NCBI RefSeq assembly: GCF_006345805.1
Contig: NC_042999.1
Location: forward strand, 132,866,001-132,930,000
Length of the DNA stretch: 64,000 nucleotides
From: Octopus sinensis
Taxonomy: Eukaryota
Reading direction: 5' to 3'
Position numbers and translations under genes: made by a program. Position 1 is the first letter of the stretch. Every line of letters begins with the position of its first letter. Shown here in pieces: positions 1 through 13,099 of this stretch. The notes under the pieces are model-generated. The model made no database searches. It saw nothing but the letters and a program-made list of their open reading frames with translations, and was not told the origin of the DNA.

Positions 1-245
1 GTGTGTGTGTGTGTGTGTGTGTGTGTTGTGTGTCTGTGTGTGTGTTTGTACCTTACCACCGCTTAACAACCAGTCTTGGTATGTTTATGTCCCCGTAACC
101 TAACAGTTCGGCAAAAAAGACCGATAGCATACGTACTTGTTTTTTTTTTTTAAGTCATGGGGTCAATTTGTTCGAATAAACCCTTCAAGGTGGTGCTACA
201 GCATGGCCGCAATCATGTGATTGCAACAAGTAAAAGAGTTACAGA
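1..245 (+). mobile_element. SINE family A, 3' half (starts inside its internal GT microsatellite)
   Basis: Matches the 3' body of full copies (e.g. 28472-28872 reversed): ...ttcggcaaaa..gaccgatag...cagcatggccgc...caagtaaaagag. Confidence 0.8.
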
Positions 246-453
246 GTAATGGTAAGATATTAAAGTACAAACCCCTCACTGAAATACAGAAATAAGTTTA
301 TTAATTTCAATACTTGAGAGTGAAGTTTAGATAGTGGTAGCCAGAGCTAAGAATCTATTCCTTATTCTGGGTACCCAAGTTCGAATACATCTGTAACATC
401 GAGTAGCTGAATGATCTTATGCCTCGGTTGTAACAGAGTTTCCATAATGGAAT

Positions 454-847
454 CTTTTATCTTTTACTTGTTTCAGCCCTTTGATTGCGGCCATGCTGGG
501 GCACCGCTTTGAAAGGTTTTTGTTGAACGAATAAACTCCAGGGCTAATTTTGTAAGCTTAGTACTTATTTTATCGATCTCTTGTCAAACGGTGGTGGGGA
601 ACAAACACAGAACAAAGACATACCCTCATAGACACACACATACACATACATACACACAAACCCATACACACGCATATCCGGAATATACATGTTTCTTTCG
701 GTTTCCGTCCACCAAATCCACTCGGAAGGCTTTGGTCTGTCTTAGGATATAGTAGATGACACATCCATGGCGCCATGCAGTGAGACTGAATCCGGAACCA
801 TGTTTCTGGAAGGCAAGCTTCTTTCCACACAGCCATGCCTGCGCCTA
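454..847 (-). mobile_element. SINE family A, full-length tRNA-derived SINE with internal (CA/TA)n
   Basis: Minus-strand head with Pol III A/B-box-like motifs (ggttccggattcagtctc), conserved mid domain, microsatellite, AAAAGA-type tail. Confidence 0.85.
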
Positions 848-1354
848 GTGATTGCGATAATAACTTCATATAACGCAAGTAATGTATACATGGAAATAGC
901 CAGTTTATTTCGTACCATAGCATTTAATAGAATAAGTGTCTCTCAGAGCAAGAATGAATTAGATTGCAAATTTTGTTTCTCTTTATATAATCATTGACCT
1001 TTGTATCGTCGTCAGTTTAACTTTGTCATTCAGTTTTCTTATGTTTGATCTGGCGGTTCCCATAATCCCTGGTGATTATTGTAAATATTCATGAGTGGAG
1101 TTATATCATAGCATGATTATCTTAGTCAACCGTCTGCAAACACTCAGAATAAAAGCCTTTTGATTAGGTGGAATTATTTGCACTAACAAGAAACAGCCTA
1201 ACCTATTTCTCTTTATTATGTCAACAGAAATCCTTGTCTTTAAAACTGCTTATTGTTAGTAGAAACGTAACCCAGTTGCATAACTTCTAATCAATGGAAG
1301 CTCAGTCGATATCGTACCTCATAGTCAATAGATGTTGTTCTTAGAGTAGCAATT

Positions 1355-1670
1355 AGTTCTTAGAGTAGCGCCGGGCTCACAATCATGAGGTAGTGGGTTC
1401 AAATCCCGGCCTGGGCTGTGTGTTGTGTTCTTGAGCTAGACACTTTATTTTCACGTTGCTCCAGCTATAGGAAATAACTTTCAACGTCACTGGTGCCAAG
1501 CTCTATCGGTCCCTGCCTTTCTCTTGGACAACAACGGTGGCGTGGAGAGTGAAGACTGTTATGCATAGGTGACTGCTGGTCTTCGATAAACAACCCTGCC
1601 CGGGCTTGTGCCTCGGAAGAGAACTTTCTAGAAGCAATCCCATGGTCATTCATGACCGAAGGGGAACTTT
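1355..1670 (+). mobile_element. SINE family C (tRNA head + gtgttgtgttcttgagc domain)
   Basis: ggttcaaatccc B-box; homologous to 39845-40177, 52110-52390, 60765-60925. Confidence 0.8.
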
Positions 1671-2079
1671 TTTTGGTGTAACACTTGGTTAACAGAAACT
1701 CTGTTAGTAGTGTTACTCAATGTCAATTAACAAATTCGCTTATATTTTCCCACGTATTCTGCAAATGCCCTGTCCAAAGCATTCCACATGGACAAAGAAA
1801 AGATGACTATTAAGTTGGTCAATGAATGCTCAACACAAACCAAATCTATGAAGCAGGTTTTAGTTCGCTCTAAAAACATTTCCCATTCTATACTTTAATA
1901 GAATCAAAATAACTAAATGCACAAACGCATAGACTACCATCTTACAGACCATATATGCAAAGTTTCTTCTGACGTTGGATTTTAGTAATTTGTAGAATAC
2001 TTCCAAACCACAGTAATTCAAAAGAATAAGTAGATCTTTTTCTTTTTATATATAATAAAGACCCAAACAAAGCGAGAAG

Positions 2080-2175
2080 CCACTTACTGTAAAAGACTAT
2101 GAAGAAGGAGAAAGGAATGAATTTAGTTTAGACTTGAATGTGTTCAGGTCATAAGAAGGAAGCAAGCAATGAGAT

Positions 2176-2214
<39 letters not shown>

Positions 2215-2530
2215 AAAGTCTGGCAGTTTGTGGAAGCACAATAGCATTTGGATGAAGACGCAGTGAGTTTCGAGCCAGGTGAGATGACCCAATGGGATCT
2301 GGAGTTAAGAAAGTTCCCCACAACACTTCCTGTAGCAACAACAATAGAGAAGATCAAAATGGTGGCGTCACGTCGATGTGACAAGGATTGCAGAGTTGAA
2401 GCAAGAGAGGGAACAATCAAATTAGAGACTCGCTTGTCAACCCGGTCAAGGAGATCCAAGTGACAAGATGGTGTACTTACCCAAATATGACAATAATATT
2501 CCATACAAGGATGAATTGGAGGTGTTAATT
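2080..2530 (-). mobile_element. L2/CR1-clade LINE 3' fragment, degenerate, with (GA)n insertion
   Basis: MEYYCHIW...LDLLDRVDKR...TLQSLSHRRD...PSYDLNTFKSKLN resembles the post-RT C-terminus of L2/CR1/Jockey-group LINEs. Confidence 0.7.
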
Positions 2531-4180
2531 GGGAAAGACTGGCGATTCATCTGCGGGAGGTATATCGTTGCTCAGCTTAATTTCAAGAAAGTTGACATTT
2601 GAAAATATTATTAAAGGCGAGGCGTTCACATTTTGCATGCATTTACCGCTGTAATGACGGAAACTCAGCCCTACTTAGTTGGTCTCCACTGTTAGCAGGT
2701 GAGTATACAAGCAAGAAGAAATACGAAGAAAAATCGAACAAACGTAGTTATAGAATTTGATATTAAGTGACTACCGATGTGTAGTTTGTAGTTGGTATTG
2801 AGATCTAATCTCACTGGATCGATATCGGATCCTATAATCACTTGCAGTAAAAAACAAAACAAATAAATAAATTGAAGCGATATCGAAGAACGGGTGAAAA
2901 TACTATAAGAATGACGAATGACAACAGGGAAATTATGAAATGATTTTAGGATCGAAATAATTACAACAGTGATATGATGATATAGCGGTTTGTTACTGTT
3001 GGTGTAACAAACCGCAATAAAAAGTTGTGACTTCCCGACGTGATCTAAAAAAAAATAGCAAACACCACTTATAAAAAATAACAAAATAACATTTTTAAAA
3101 AATGATAAACACCGACAAACCGGTGAAAAATTAAATAATATAATAAAGATAGATTGCAGATTTATTGCATAACATTTTATGAACAGAAATAGTTAAAAGT
3201 AAGGTTGTGGAGAAAAGAACGCTGAAGAAAAAGAAAATAATTACTACATTAGTTTATTTATGTACATTTAGCATTTATAGTACAATTGGAAAGTAAAGTC
3301 ATTTTGTCGTAGAGAATTACGACTTAAACGTCACACTAGCTAATCCTTCATACTAACTACTAGAGTTCACAACAATTCAAATAAGTCTTGTTGGATTTTT
3401 ATCATAGACATGGCATAAAAAATAGCCAATATCGCAAAGAGTGAGTGTCGTGGAGTTTAATAACGTCCCATAAACACTAAAGTTTTTCCCAAAATCCAGG
3501 GTTTTTATAACTGCTCAACTTGACTTTAAAGAATTGAAATCGCATAAAAATATTCTTTTACTAATTTTTAGAATTCCTATATGAGCAGTTATTTCAGCCA
3601 ATGTGAAGACGACAATCATATTTTCTCGGCAATACGACATTACGTCATATTGCCAGCTGCCACAAATTGGTGTCACTGTTTGAATGGCTACACGCTACAA
3701 TGAGAAGATGATTACGATATTATAACAAGTGTAAGATGATGACTACTGCAAAATCAGGACAACGGCAATTTCAACAAAGAAATGATAAAATGAGTGAAAA
3801 GTGAGCAGGGTAAATGAATGATGACAACGGTGAAATTATGACAGCAGAGAGAGGATACATCTGTTGGTTTGTAAGAATAAAAGACGGCCCATTGGAATGA
3901 TATGGCAACTTTGGTATAGATGGCGCAGTGGTAAGGTGCAAAGTTGATAGGCATAGCTCAGTGTTAGGATTATAATAGATGTATTAGTTGTGAAGTTGGT
4001 TATTGCTAGCAGATTGCTAAAGATCTGGAGCGGTCAGTTTGGTGCAGACAGTTTAGTAGTGAGGTTCGTCGAGGCTGCTGCATTCTAATATAGTGAGCGT
4101 TCTATACAAACGAACATCATACAGGCACCAACACCACTCACACACACATGCTCATACATATAGATATATTTGATAGTCAT

Positions 4181-4447
4181 TAAGTTACGGAGAAGTAAAC
4201 AAACCAGCATCGGTTGTCAAGCGATGTTGGGGGAACAAACACAAACACACAAACATATGCACAAACACATATACATATATACGACGGGCTTCTTTCAGTT
4301 TCCGTCTACAAAATCCACCCACAAGGCTTTGGTCGGCCCGAGGCTATAGTAGAAGACACTTGCCCAAGGTGCCACGTAGTGGGACTGAACCCAGAACCAT
4401 GTGGTTCGTAAGCAAGCTACTTACCACACAGCCACTCCTACGCCTAT
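4181..4447 (-). mobile_element. SINE family A, head and middle
   Basis: Near-identical to the head of 28472-28872. Confidence 0.85.
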
Positions 4448-5387
4448 ATACATATATTCTACTTATATATATGTATATATATATAGATACATACACACAT
4501 ACATATATATGCATACACACATACATGCACACATACATATGTGCATGTGTGTATATGCGTGTGTGCGTATCTATCTATCTCTATATATCTATATCTATAT
4601 ACGATTTTCTACTATTTCAATAATAGATTAAAAAAAAATATTTAAAAATGGACAAAATGTGGAATCGGAACTCTCATCCACCTGCGACGAAACTTAGAAC
4701 TTTAGCCATTCAAGCAACACTGTATTTATAATATTTCTTCAAAATTTTCGCTGTTTATGCATCGTGTTAATCACCATCTTTAAGTTATATTAATGTCACA
4801 TGATAAGGTGAAGTTCAGTCGAATGTAACGGCATGAGAGAAGTTACAAAAAAAAAAAAAAGAAGAAGAAAATTCCCCGAAAAGATAAATAATTTAATACA
4901 TAAATATAAATTTGCTGACTGACATGTTGTTAATGTTAAAGAATGCTTTATGTAATAAACACATCTGTTCGATATATTAAGGCGAGAAAAAGAAAGCAGG
5001 CTGTTTTGAGTAGATTCCATGACAGGTATATTAAGATACGAGCTTTATAATGGCGTAGTTGCTCCTTAAAACAACACTTGATAACACATACGAAGGAAGG
5101 ATAATATATAACAGCACTAAACTAGAAAGCAGCAACAAAAAATCTCTTTAATATGCTAGTCGTATTCTCTTTCAACTGCTGCTTTCAAAATGACGGCATA
5201 TCGTATTTTCAACATCTGGAATGCTATATATTCATCATGAGATTCTATATTTCTTTACCATTCCTATGAAACCAGAACTTTTTTCTTTCCATCTAATCAT
5301 CTCACCATTTTTACACAGACTTTATTAATGGCTTCAGTCAAATTACCCTATTTGTCTTTCTCCATCTTTTTTCTTTTCAGAATATCC

Positions 5388-5515
5388 CTTTCTTCTTCTT
5401 CTTCTTCTTCTTCTTCTTCTTCTTCTTCTTCTTCTTCTTCTTCTTCTTCTTCTTCTTCTTCTTCTTCTTCTTCTTCTTCTTCTTCTTCTTCTTCTTCTTC
5501 TTCTTCTTCTTCTTC
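5388..5515. repeat. Pure (CTT)n microsatellite
   Basis: Direct read; explains the poly-S and poly-E ORFs. Confidence 0.95.
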
Positions 5516-5814
5516 CCCAAGTCTCTCGTTCATCTCTTTACTTTTCTCACTCTATCAATGATTCCAATTTTTTTAAATCAGAAATCCTAATTCAGTTTCT
5601 ATTCATTTCATTCCTCAATTCTTTCTGATTCTTATCAATCTCCCCCAGTTTTACCTTTCAACTAAATACTCACTCTCTAATTCACGTACTCACTCACTTA
5701 CTCACTCACCTGCTCACTCATTCATCCCCCCGTTCTTTTTTCTTTTTCCTATCAGTGTCCTCATATGTACATCGACATACTCTTTAAAAATAATAATAAA
5801 AAAATAAATAAAGC

Positions 5815-6095
5815 TTCTTCCCGAGTCATATAGACTAATAAGGCCGGTCCATCGTATTCTGTGGCGTATATGTTCTCCATTGAAAGGGCATCCCGTCTGC
5901 CCGTCACAGGAATACTAATTTTTTACAGCTGAGTGAACGTGAATGCTCATTTTTTCAAGCTGAGTTGATGTGAAATGAAGTGAACGTGAAGTGGGATGTG
6001 AAATTAAGCATTTTGCTAAAAAAAAAAAACATATCGCCCGGCCCAGGGATTGAAGTCACCATCTTACGATTAGGAGTGCGACTAAACCACGCGCC
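5815..6095 (-). mobile_element. SINE family D, degenerate
   Basis: Homologous to 8935-9185 and 44645-44955. Confidence 0.65.
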
Positions 6096-6177
6096 AATTG
6101 AGCTTAAACTGCACACAATTATCATTAACACCTCTACTGACAACGGTCTCACTACATTACAGTATTCTTTTTTACGT

Positions 6178-6365
6178 GAGGGCGGTGAGCTGGCAGAACC
6201 GTTAACACGCCGGAAAAATGCTTAGCGGCATTTAGTCTACCTTTACGTTCTGATTTCAAATCTCGCCGAGGTCTACTTAGCCTTTCATCCTTTCAGGGTT
6301 GATAAAATACGTTTGAGTCCAGCACTAGAGTCCTTACTGGCTTTGTGCCAAAATTTGAAACCAAT
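6178..6365 (+). mobile_element. SINE family B monomer
   Basis: ggcggtgagctggcagaacc head; gcctttcatcctttc.gggt.gataaaa central domain. Confidence 0.8.
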
Positions 6366-7174
6366 TTTATTTTTAACATGGAAACCACCACTCCGACATC
6401 ATTCGACCCCACCATACTACCAACACAACGTTACTTCCAGCATTACTACACGTACACTACCACCAACACCACTATCAAAAGTGCTTAATGTTTGAAGACA
6501 ATTTCAGCAGAGCCGAATATTCCTACGACATACCTTAACACGAACAGCTGTTCGTCATGAAGCTGAGTTATATCTATCTGTCTGTCTATCTAGCCTGTGT
6601 CTCTATCTATCTGCCTGCCTGCCTGTCTGTCTCTTCCTCTATTATCTATCTAGACACTCAAATACATATATATATATGCTCACTCATACATGCATACGTG
6701 CGCGCACACACGCACACATGCCCACACGCACACACGCATAAGTGTAAATGTAAATGGATTTGGCAATGAGCGTTTCATCTATTTGATTAACTGAACTACC
6801 TCGTCGTGTCTGAGCATTCCACAAACGCATAATTCTGAGGCCAAATCAGTACGACTTTGTGTGTGACAAGGTTGGGCCTTAAAATTACGTATACAGTCCA
6901 ATTGATTTGCTTTTATTTAGTTTCTGGTAGCTATAATTCACACACATTACGCTTTGGTCAAGCCGAAACTAATGTAAAAGATAATTGCATGAAATCCTTT
7001 TTACTTGAATCAGACTAAGAGTCCCATGAGTGCGAAGAGACATTCTTAACCAGTCAGTCCTGCCGTATGTACACACACACGCACACACATATACACACAC
7101 ACAAACACACACAGACACACTCATACACACACACGCACACAAGTGACGATAATTAATAATTAATATTTAATCAC

Positions 7175-7590
7175 GTGCGGGCGTGGTTGCGTGGTTAAGA
7201 AGTTTTCTTCCCAACCGTGTAGTCTTGGGTTCAGTCCCACTGCGTGGCAACTTGGGCAAGAATCTTCTACAATAGCTCTTGGGCGACCATGGCCTTGTGA
7301 GTGAATTTGGTAGACGGAAACTGAAATAAAACTCAGTTTATACATCAAAGTGTGTGTGTGTGTGTGTTGTCTTTGTGTTTTTATTTGTTCCAAACACCGC
7401 TTTGACAACCGGTCTTAGTTTGCTTACATCCCCATGTTTGTTTTTATCCTTAGCGGGTAAGAAAGAGACTGATAGAATAAGTACTAGGCTTAAAAAATAA
7501 ATAATGGGGTCGATGTATTCGACTAAACACTTGAAGATTTGCCCCAGCTTGGCCGCAGTCCGATAATTGAAAGAAGTAAAAGAAAAGGTA
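7175..7590 (+). mobile_element. SINE family A, full-length, diverged
   Basis: gggttcagtcccactgcgtggca.cttgggcaag head, GT microsatellite, gaagtaaaaga tail. Confidence 0.8.
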
Positions 7591-8656
7591 TAAATTTACG
7601 TTACTTTTTTCTTTAAGTAGACTACTGGTTAAATATTACATCATCAAGCACTGACTTCTTGGCTTGAAATCAGTGATGCAGTAAAAAGATTGGGGCATAC
7701 ATCCCCTCATCGAAGCCAGTTGCTCATTGGCTTAGGATAAAAGCGAACAGGCCCTTCTGTGGTTGCTGCAGAGTGAAAGCCTGGGCTTAGCCAATTCCGG
7801 ATAAGTCAACGGGGTAAAGAGGTTTGATGCTGAAAGACTAAAAAAAACCCTACGAAAATTCACTGATTTGCATCCCAGAGCACCCGAAAGACGTATCTTG
7901 ATATCTACAGGTTCATTCAACCGACAGGCACACTATAAATCCAATATACAGGTTTATTCATCTCATAAAGTAGGTCTTGTTTTGCTGATTCACTTACCTG
8001 TTCGTCAGAGATGAATTACATTTTATTTATCGTTAGACGTAAAGAACGCTGACAAACCAACTTACACTAATACACCGAACACATTCCCATCTCTCCCACT
8101 AAAATGCTATTACGTCTCGGAAATTCATATAATAATTAAATTAACTTTCTATTGCCGTTTAACAATCCCTGCTCCCTAATATTATATTTCTTCCATTTAA
8201 TTTTATGATCCTTATGTTTCATTCAGTAATTCTGTTATGCAATTCAGCCGGTATATAAATCTTTCATATATCATTTATGTTATATATTCTTTGCTGTCAT
8301 TAAACTTAAATTCTAAATCATTTAAACAGTAGTATATTTATGTAGTTTCATTATATAGTTTGCATTCTTTATATTTTTCTCATAATATGTTTTAATATTT
8401 CTCTTAACATGTAATCCTGCTTTCTCCAATTTTATGGAATTAAATTTCTGTGACTTCATTTATTTTCCTAACTTTTAGTCTTCATAATACATTAATGTAC
8501 TTCTCTTTATATCCAGAAGCTGGTACAAAAATCAAAGGCATAGATATTTCATAACTTCACCACCAACGAAACAAGAAACATAAAAGAGAGGTTATTCAAG
8601 TTAATAAAGGTAGACACAAGCGACATTATATTGATACAGTAGAATTTTAATTAAAC

Positions 8657-9696
8657 ATGTCTATTTTAATGAAAATACGTGAAAAACAGATTTGGTTTAT
8701 AGGATTGAAAAGATTAGTAGTAAAAAAACATCCATCAATTGGTTATGTATTGCGACGTCTTTTCTGTCACGGTAATACATAATAAGAAGACATGATAAGA
8801 AAACAGTGAAGGAAGCATCAGATATTGTGCATTCAGAAGCAAAAGAGGTCTGGAACAACGCTAAGATACCAATCAGAACAAGCAGCATGTGATTAGCAAG
8901 ATTCGTAAAACGTATAAACAATATAAAATAAATATTCCGTCTCGAGCCATGCCAGGCTTATAAAGGCCGGTCGGTTTCCCGGTTTCAGTGGCGTAGAAAT
9001 TCCCCACCTGGACGGCACGCCGGTCTGTCGCAGGATTACTCATTTTTGTCAGCTGAGTGGACTGGAGAAACATGAAAATGAAGTGTTTTGCTCAAGAACA
9101 CAACGCATCGACTGGTCCAGCAATCGAAACCACAACTTTACGATCATGAGTTCGGCACCCTAACCACTGTGCCACGCGCCTCCACATAGCAATATAGATC
9201 ACCTCAAACAGCAAAATCAAGGAGAAATCAAATTCAAATTGCAAATAAAACCAAATTTAAAGATTGATTGGATGACTTATTTAACATTGGTCATGCTGAT
9301 GCAATGAAAATGATGTCAAACGAAGATCATTTATTTTTAAAGCTCTGAGAGAAAAAGGAAGGCGAGGTTATATGACTGCTATGCACAGGAATTATATTGC
9401 AAAGCAAATGCGTAGAAGAGGAAAGAAGCAAGTAAGAGCAATCAGTTGTTACTTCGGAAAGTAGCAGTGATAAACATTAGTGGCGAGTTGAATGATGAGC
9501 CACAGCCTGGATCATCCAAAAATCCTCCCAGTAAAAGATCAAAAACTCATGAGCAAATATCAGCTGATTTAGTAGCTGCTTTTGATAGAGCTAAAATAAG
9601 CGATCGCAATATAATGATTGTAATATCTGCTACTGTTTCAGTGTGTGGAAAAGATATTCCATAGGCATACGTACATAACAAGTAATCTATATATAT

Positions 9697-9741
<45 letters not shown>

Positions 9742-9898
9742 CCTTAATATATCAACCTGTGGTACTGCCATATATTGTTCAATCAATCATACGGAAAATT
9801 CACTAAGAACGTTTTTACACTTAAGCTCATAATCTGCAGGGGGGATATCTAAAGAATAAAAAAATGTAAAAATCACCCTTATAAAATAGGCCACCCTA
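8657..9898 (+). mobile_element. hATm-like DNA transposon relic: N-terminal transposase fragment, internal deletion, 3' terminus
   Basis: Frameshifted peptide ...SSKKHPSIGYVLRRLF...EVWNNAKIPIR...LDDLFNIGHADAMKM...REKGRRGYM...AAFDRAKISDRN; ends ggccacccta (reverse complement TAGGGTGGCC). Family name is from recall; interrupted by SINE D. Confidence 0.55.
8935..9185 (-). mobile_element. SINE family D inserted in the hATm-like relic
   Basis: ggaggcgcgtggcacagtggttaggg head; ctacgccactgaaaccgggaaacc 3' domain. Confidence 0.8.
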
Positions 9899-10009
9899 AA
9901 ATGTATGTGTGTGTGAATGTGTGCGTGTGTATGTGTGTATGTGTCTATCACATTTCATTGCCTTCTCTTCATGCTCACTTCCCTCCTCTTTTCACTTCAC
10001 ACACACACA

Positions 10010-10172
10010 CATATATATATTTGACAGGCTTCTTTCAGTTTCTTCCTACCAAATCCACTCACAAGTCTTTCGTCGGGCCGAGGCTATAGTAGAAGACACT
10101 TGCCCAAGGTGACACAGTGGGACTGAACCCTGAACCATGTAGTTGGTAAGCAAACTACGTACCACACAGCCA
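10010..10172 (-). mobile_element. SINE family A head
   Basis: gggactgaaccc...gacacttgcccaagg as in other copies. Confidence 0.8.
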
Positions 10173-10317
10173 TGTGTGTGTATGTATGTATATATATATA
10201 TATATATATAATATTATATATATATATATATATACGTATATATCTATATATATACATATATATATACATATATGTATACATATATGTATATACATATATA
10301 TTTATATTTATTTATAT

Positions 10318-10416
<99 letters not shown>

Positions 10417-10444
10417 TATACATATATATACACATATATGTATA

Positions 10445-10700
10445 CATATATGGAACAACTGATGAAGGGAATGTTCTTTATGTAGCATGTGTCTTGTCTG
10501 TTTTCGTTGTTCGATAAAAAAAGTTCGTTTTTATGCTTTCGTTTTTTATGCTCTCGTTTCCCATTTTGTCTACGTGTTTTTTTATGTCCTGTACCCACAT
10601 ATGTATGTATATATACATATATATACATATATATATATGTGTGTGTGTGTATGTGTAGGTATGTACATATATGCATATATTTATATATTATTTATATTAT
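10445..10700 (+). mobile_element. Terminal-repeat remnant of an unclassified (probably PLE) family inside (TA)n
   Basis: Homologous to the arms of 34632-35170 (ctga.gaaggg.aat...gtcctgtaccca.atatg). Confidence 0.5.
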
Positions 10701-10759
10701 TATATAGATAGATAGCTAGATAGATAGATAGACAAACATATTATATATATATATATATA

Positions 10760-10798
<39 letters not shown>

Positions 10799-11523
10799 GT
10801 GAAAAGCAACTTCACATGTGCTTCGGGGAACCTAATATACTCACTAACCTGCTCCGGGTGTCAAGAGCAGTACATAGGCCAAACAAAAAATAGTTTGCGT
10901 AAACGAATGGCCCTGCACAGATCCCAGATAAAAATTCCCCAAAACAGAAAAATAGCTTTTAGCCAACACATAGATACTTGCGCCAACAAAAAAACACCAA
11001 GCTTCAGGATTTTCCCCCTCTACCAATTTAGGGACGATACAACCTCGAGACAACGAATAAGTAAAGAAACTCTCTTTATTACAAAATACAGGCCACTTCT
11101 TAACGGGTCTACGACAAACAATTAATATACCTCAACTTCAGAATAAAAGAAATATTCACACACAAATATTACATTCCAAAGAATCCATTACTAATCACAG
11201 CTAAAATCACAGCTATAATCCATAACATGCCAACTTCAAGTCATACAACACCTCACTACTTAACCCATTCATATTTCCCTTCTCTGTTTTTTTCTTCTTC
11301 TCTCTTCTCTTCATCATCATCAATATCATCATCGTCGTCATAATCATCACCACCATCACCATCATCGTCATCTTCTCCTTCTCCTTCTTCTCCTTCTTCT
11401 CATCATCATTCATCATCATCGACATCGTCATCTTCTTCTTCTTCTTCTTCTTCTTCTTCTTCTCCACCTTCTACCCCTTAACTTTGTCACTAATGTTTTT
11501 TAGTATAACACCTACGCAAATTC

Positions 11524-11951
11524 TATAAACAAGCCTTTCAATAGAAATATTCTCCTGAATTGAACTGCGACTGTTAGCCGCCACTGACCATTCAAAATAC
11601 GACCATCAGGGCACTCCCAGATTCTCCCACCCCCTTTCCTCATCAGCCTTCTTCCTCTACTACCCTACCAAGAACTCACAACGACCTCCAACACACAAGT
11701 GCAAACAAGGGAGTCAGAGAAAGGCAGAATGCCACTTATAAACAAGCCTTTCAATAGAAATATTCTCCTGAATTGAACTGCGACTGCTAGCCGCCACTGA
11801 CCATTCAAAATACGACCATCAGGGCACTCCCAGATTTTCCCACCCCCTTTCCTCATCAGCCTTCTTCTTCTTCTTCTACCCTACCAAGAGCTCACAACGA
11901 CCTCCAACACACAAGTGCAAACAAGGGAGTCAGAGAAAGGCAGAATGCCAC
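11524..11951 (+). repeat. Two-copy tandem duplication, period 213 bp, in the PLE 3' region
   Basis: 11524-11735 and 11737-11951 near-identical. Confidence 0.9.
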
Positions 11952-12033
11952 ATATATCTGAACACTACTATAGAAATATTCCTTTAAAAAAACTTTTCTT
12001 CTAATTTTTCTAAATTTAATTATTTAATCGTTA

Positions 12034-12071
12034 CAGTTGAAAAGGTCTCAAAATGACCGAAACCGGTACTG
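12034..12071 (+). ncRNA. Minimal type I hammerhead ribozyme, U3-A8 core variant
   Basis: CAG-UUGAAAA-GGUC(UCAAAAU)GACC-GAAA-CCG-GUA-CUG: helix I CAG/CUG, helix II GGUC/GACC, palindromic helix III ACCGGU, GUA triplet. Confidence 0.65.
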
Positions 12072-12124
12072 AAATGTTCACTATAAAATTATTTTAGCAT
12101 TTTCTATTTTTGACTTGTTTTTTC

Positions 12125-12166
<42 letters not shown>

Positions 12167-12184
12167 TATATATAATATATATAG

Positions 12185-12215
<31 letters not shown>

Positions 12216-12513
12216 ATATATATAGAAAATTAAAATAACTAAGTCTCTCTAAAAGAGAACAGCGGCAGCGTTCCCGGAAAATAATAGTTATCGCCATACT
12301 AATATGGCATTCTTATAAAAATAAGAAAAAAGCTGTCCGCTTATTAGCTCCATGAGGCCAAGTAGTGTGGAGCGACTGACCTCCCTTGTTCGAAGGTATA
12401 TGGATACAGTTTGTGTATCAAATAGCTAACTTAAGGCGATGGCCTCATGGAGCTAATAAGCGGACAGCTTTTTTCTTATTTTTATAAGAATGCCATATTA
12501 GTATGGCGATAAC

Positions 12514-12639
<126 letters not shown>

Positions 12640-12870
12640 ATATGCGTGTGTGTGTTTGTGTGTCTGTGTTTGTTCCCCCTAGCATCGCTTGACAACCAAT
12701 GCTGGTGTGTTTATGTCCCCGTTACTTAGCGGTTCGGCAAAAGAGACCGATAGAATAAGTACTGGGCTTACAAAAGAATAAGTCCTGGGGTCGAGTTGCT
12801 CGATTGAAGGTGGTGCTCCAGCATGGCCGCAGTCAAATGACTGAAACAATTAAAAGAGTAAAAGAGTAAA
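12640..12870 (+). mobile_element. SINE family A, 3' half
   Basis: Close to consensus, with aaaagagtaaaagag tail. Confidence 0.85.
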
Positions 12871-12874
12871 TGAG

Positions 12875-12926
<52 letters not shown>

Positions 12927-13099
12927 AGCCTTGTTAACGAGAGCATAAGTGTCTGTATGTGTATGAGTATGTATGATGCATATATGGACTGCTGTAACAG
13001 TAATATAAAATTTGCCTTCAGGAATATAAGCATTGGTGGAAGTAGCAGTAGCTATAATATTTGTAGCAAATGCACCGACATTAATTGCAGCTGTTGCAG

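Larger units (their letters stand above)
10797..12120 (+). mobile_element. Penelope-like element, 5'-truncated: GIY-YIG endonuclease + 3' region with HHR
   Basis: Open frame 10799-11125: NLIYSLTCSGCQEQYIGQT...LRKRMALHR...KETLFITKYRPLLN (GIY-YIG of PLE type); 3' end homologous to 39480-39710 and 56650-56840. Confidence 0.85.

Noticed and set aside
2985-3017. 12-bp hairpin gcggtttgttac/gtaacaaaccgc
   Set aside because: Isolated, with no second copy or context to assign a function.
7900-8010. Minus-strand cag|gtaagt donor and short intron suggesting a host exon
   Set aside because: No good acceptor and no recognisable peptide.
10084-10711. Numerous Ile/Tyr, Val/Cys, His/Thr and Ser/Leu ORFs here and throughout the window
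   Set aside because: Translations of (TA)n, (TG)n, (CA)n and (CT)n microsatellites.
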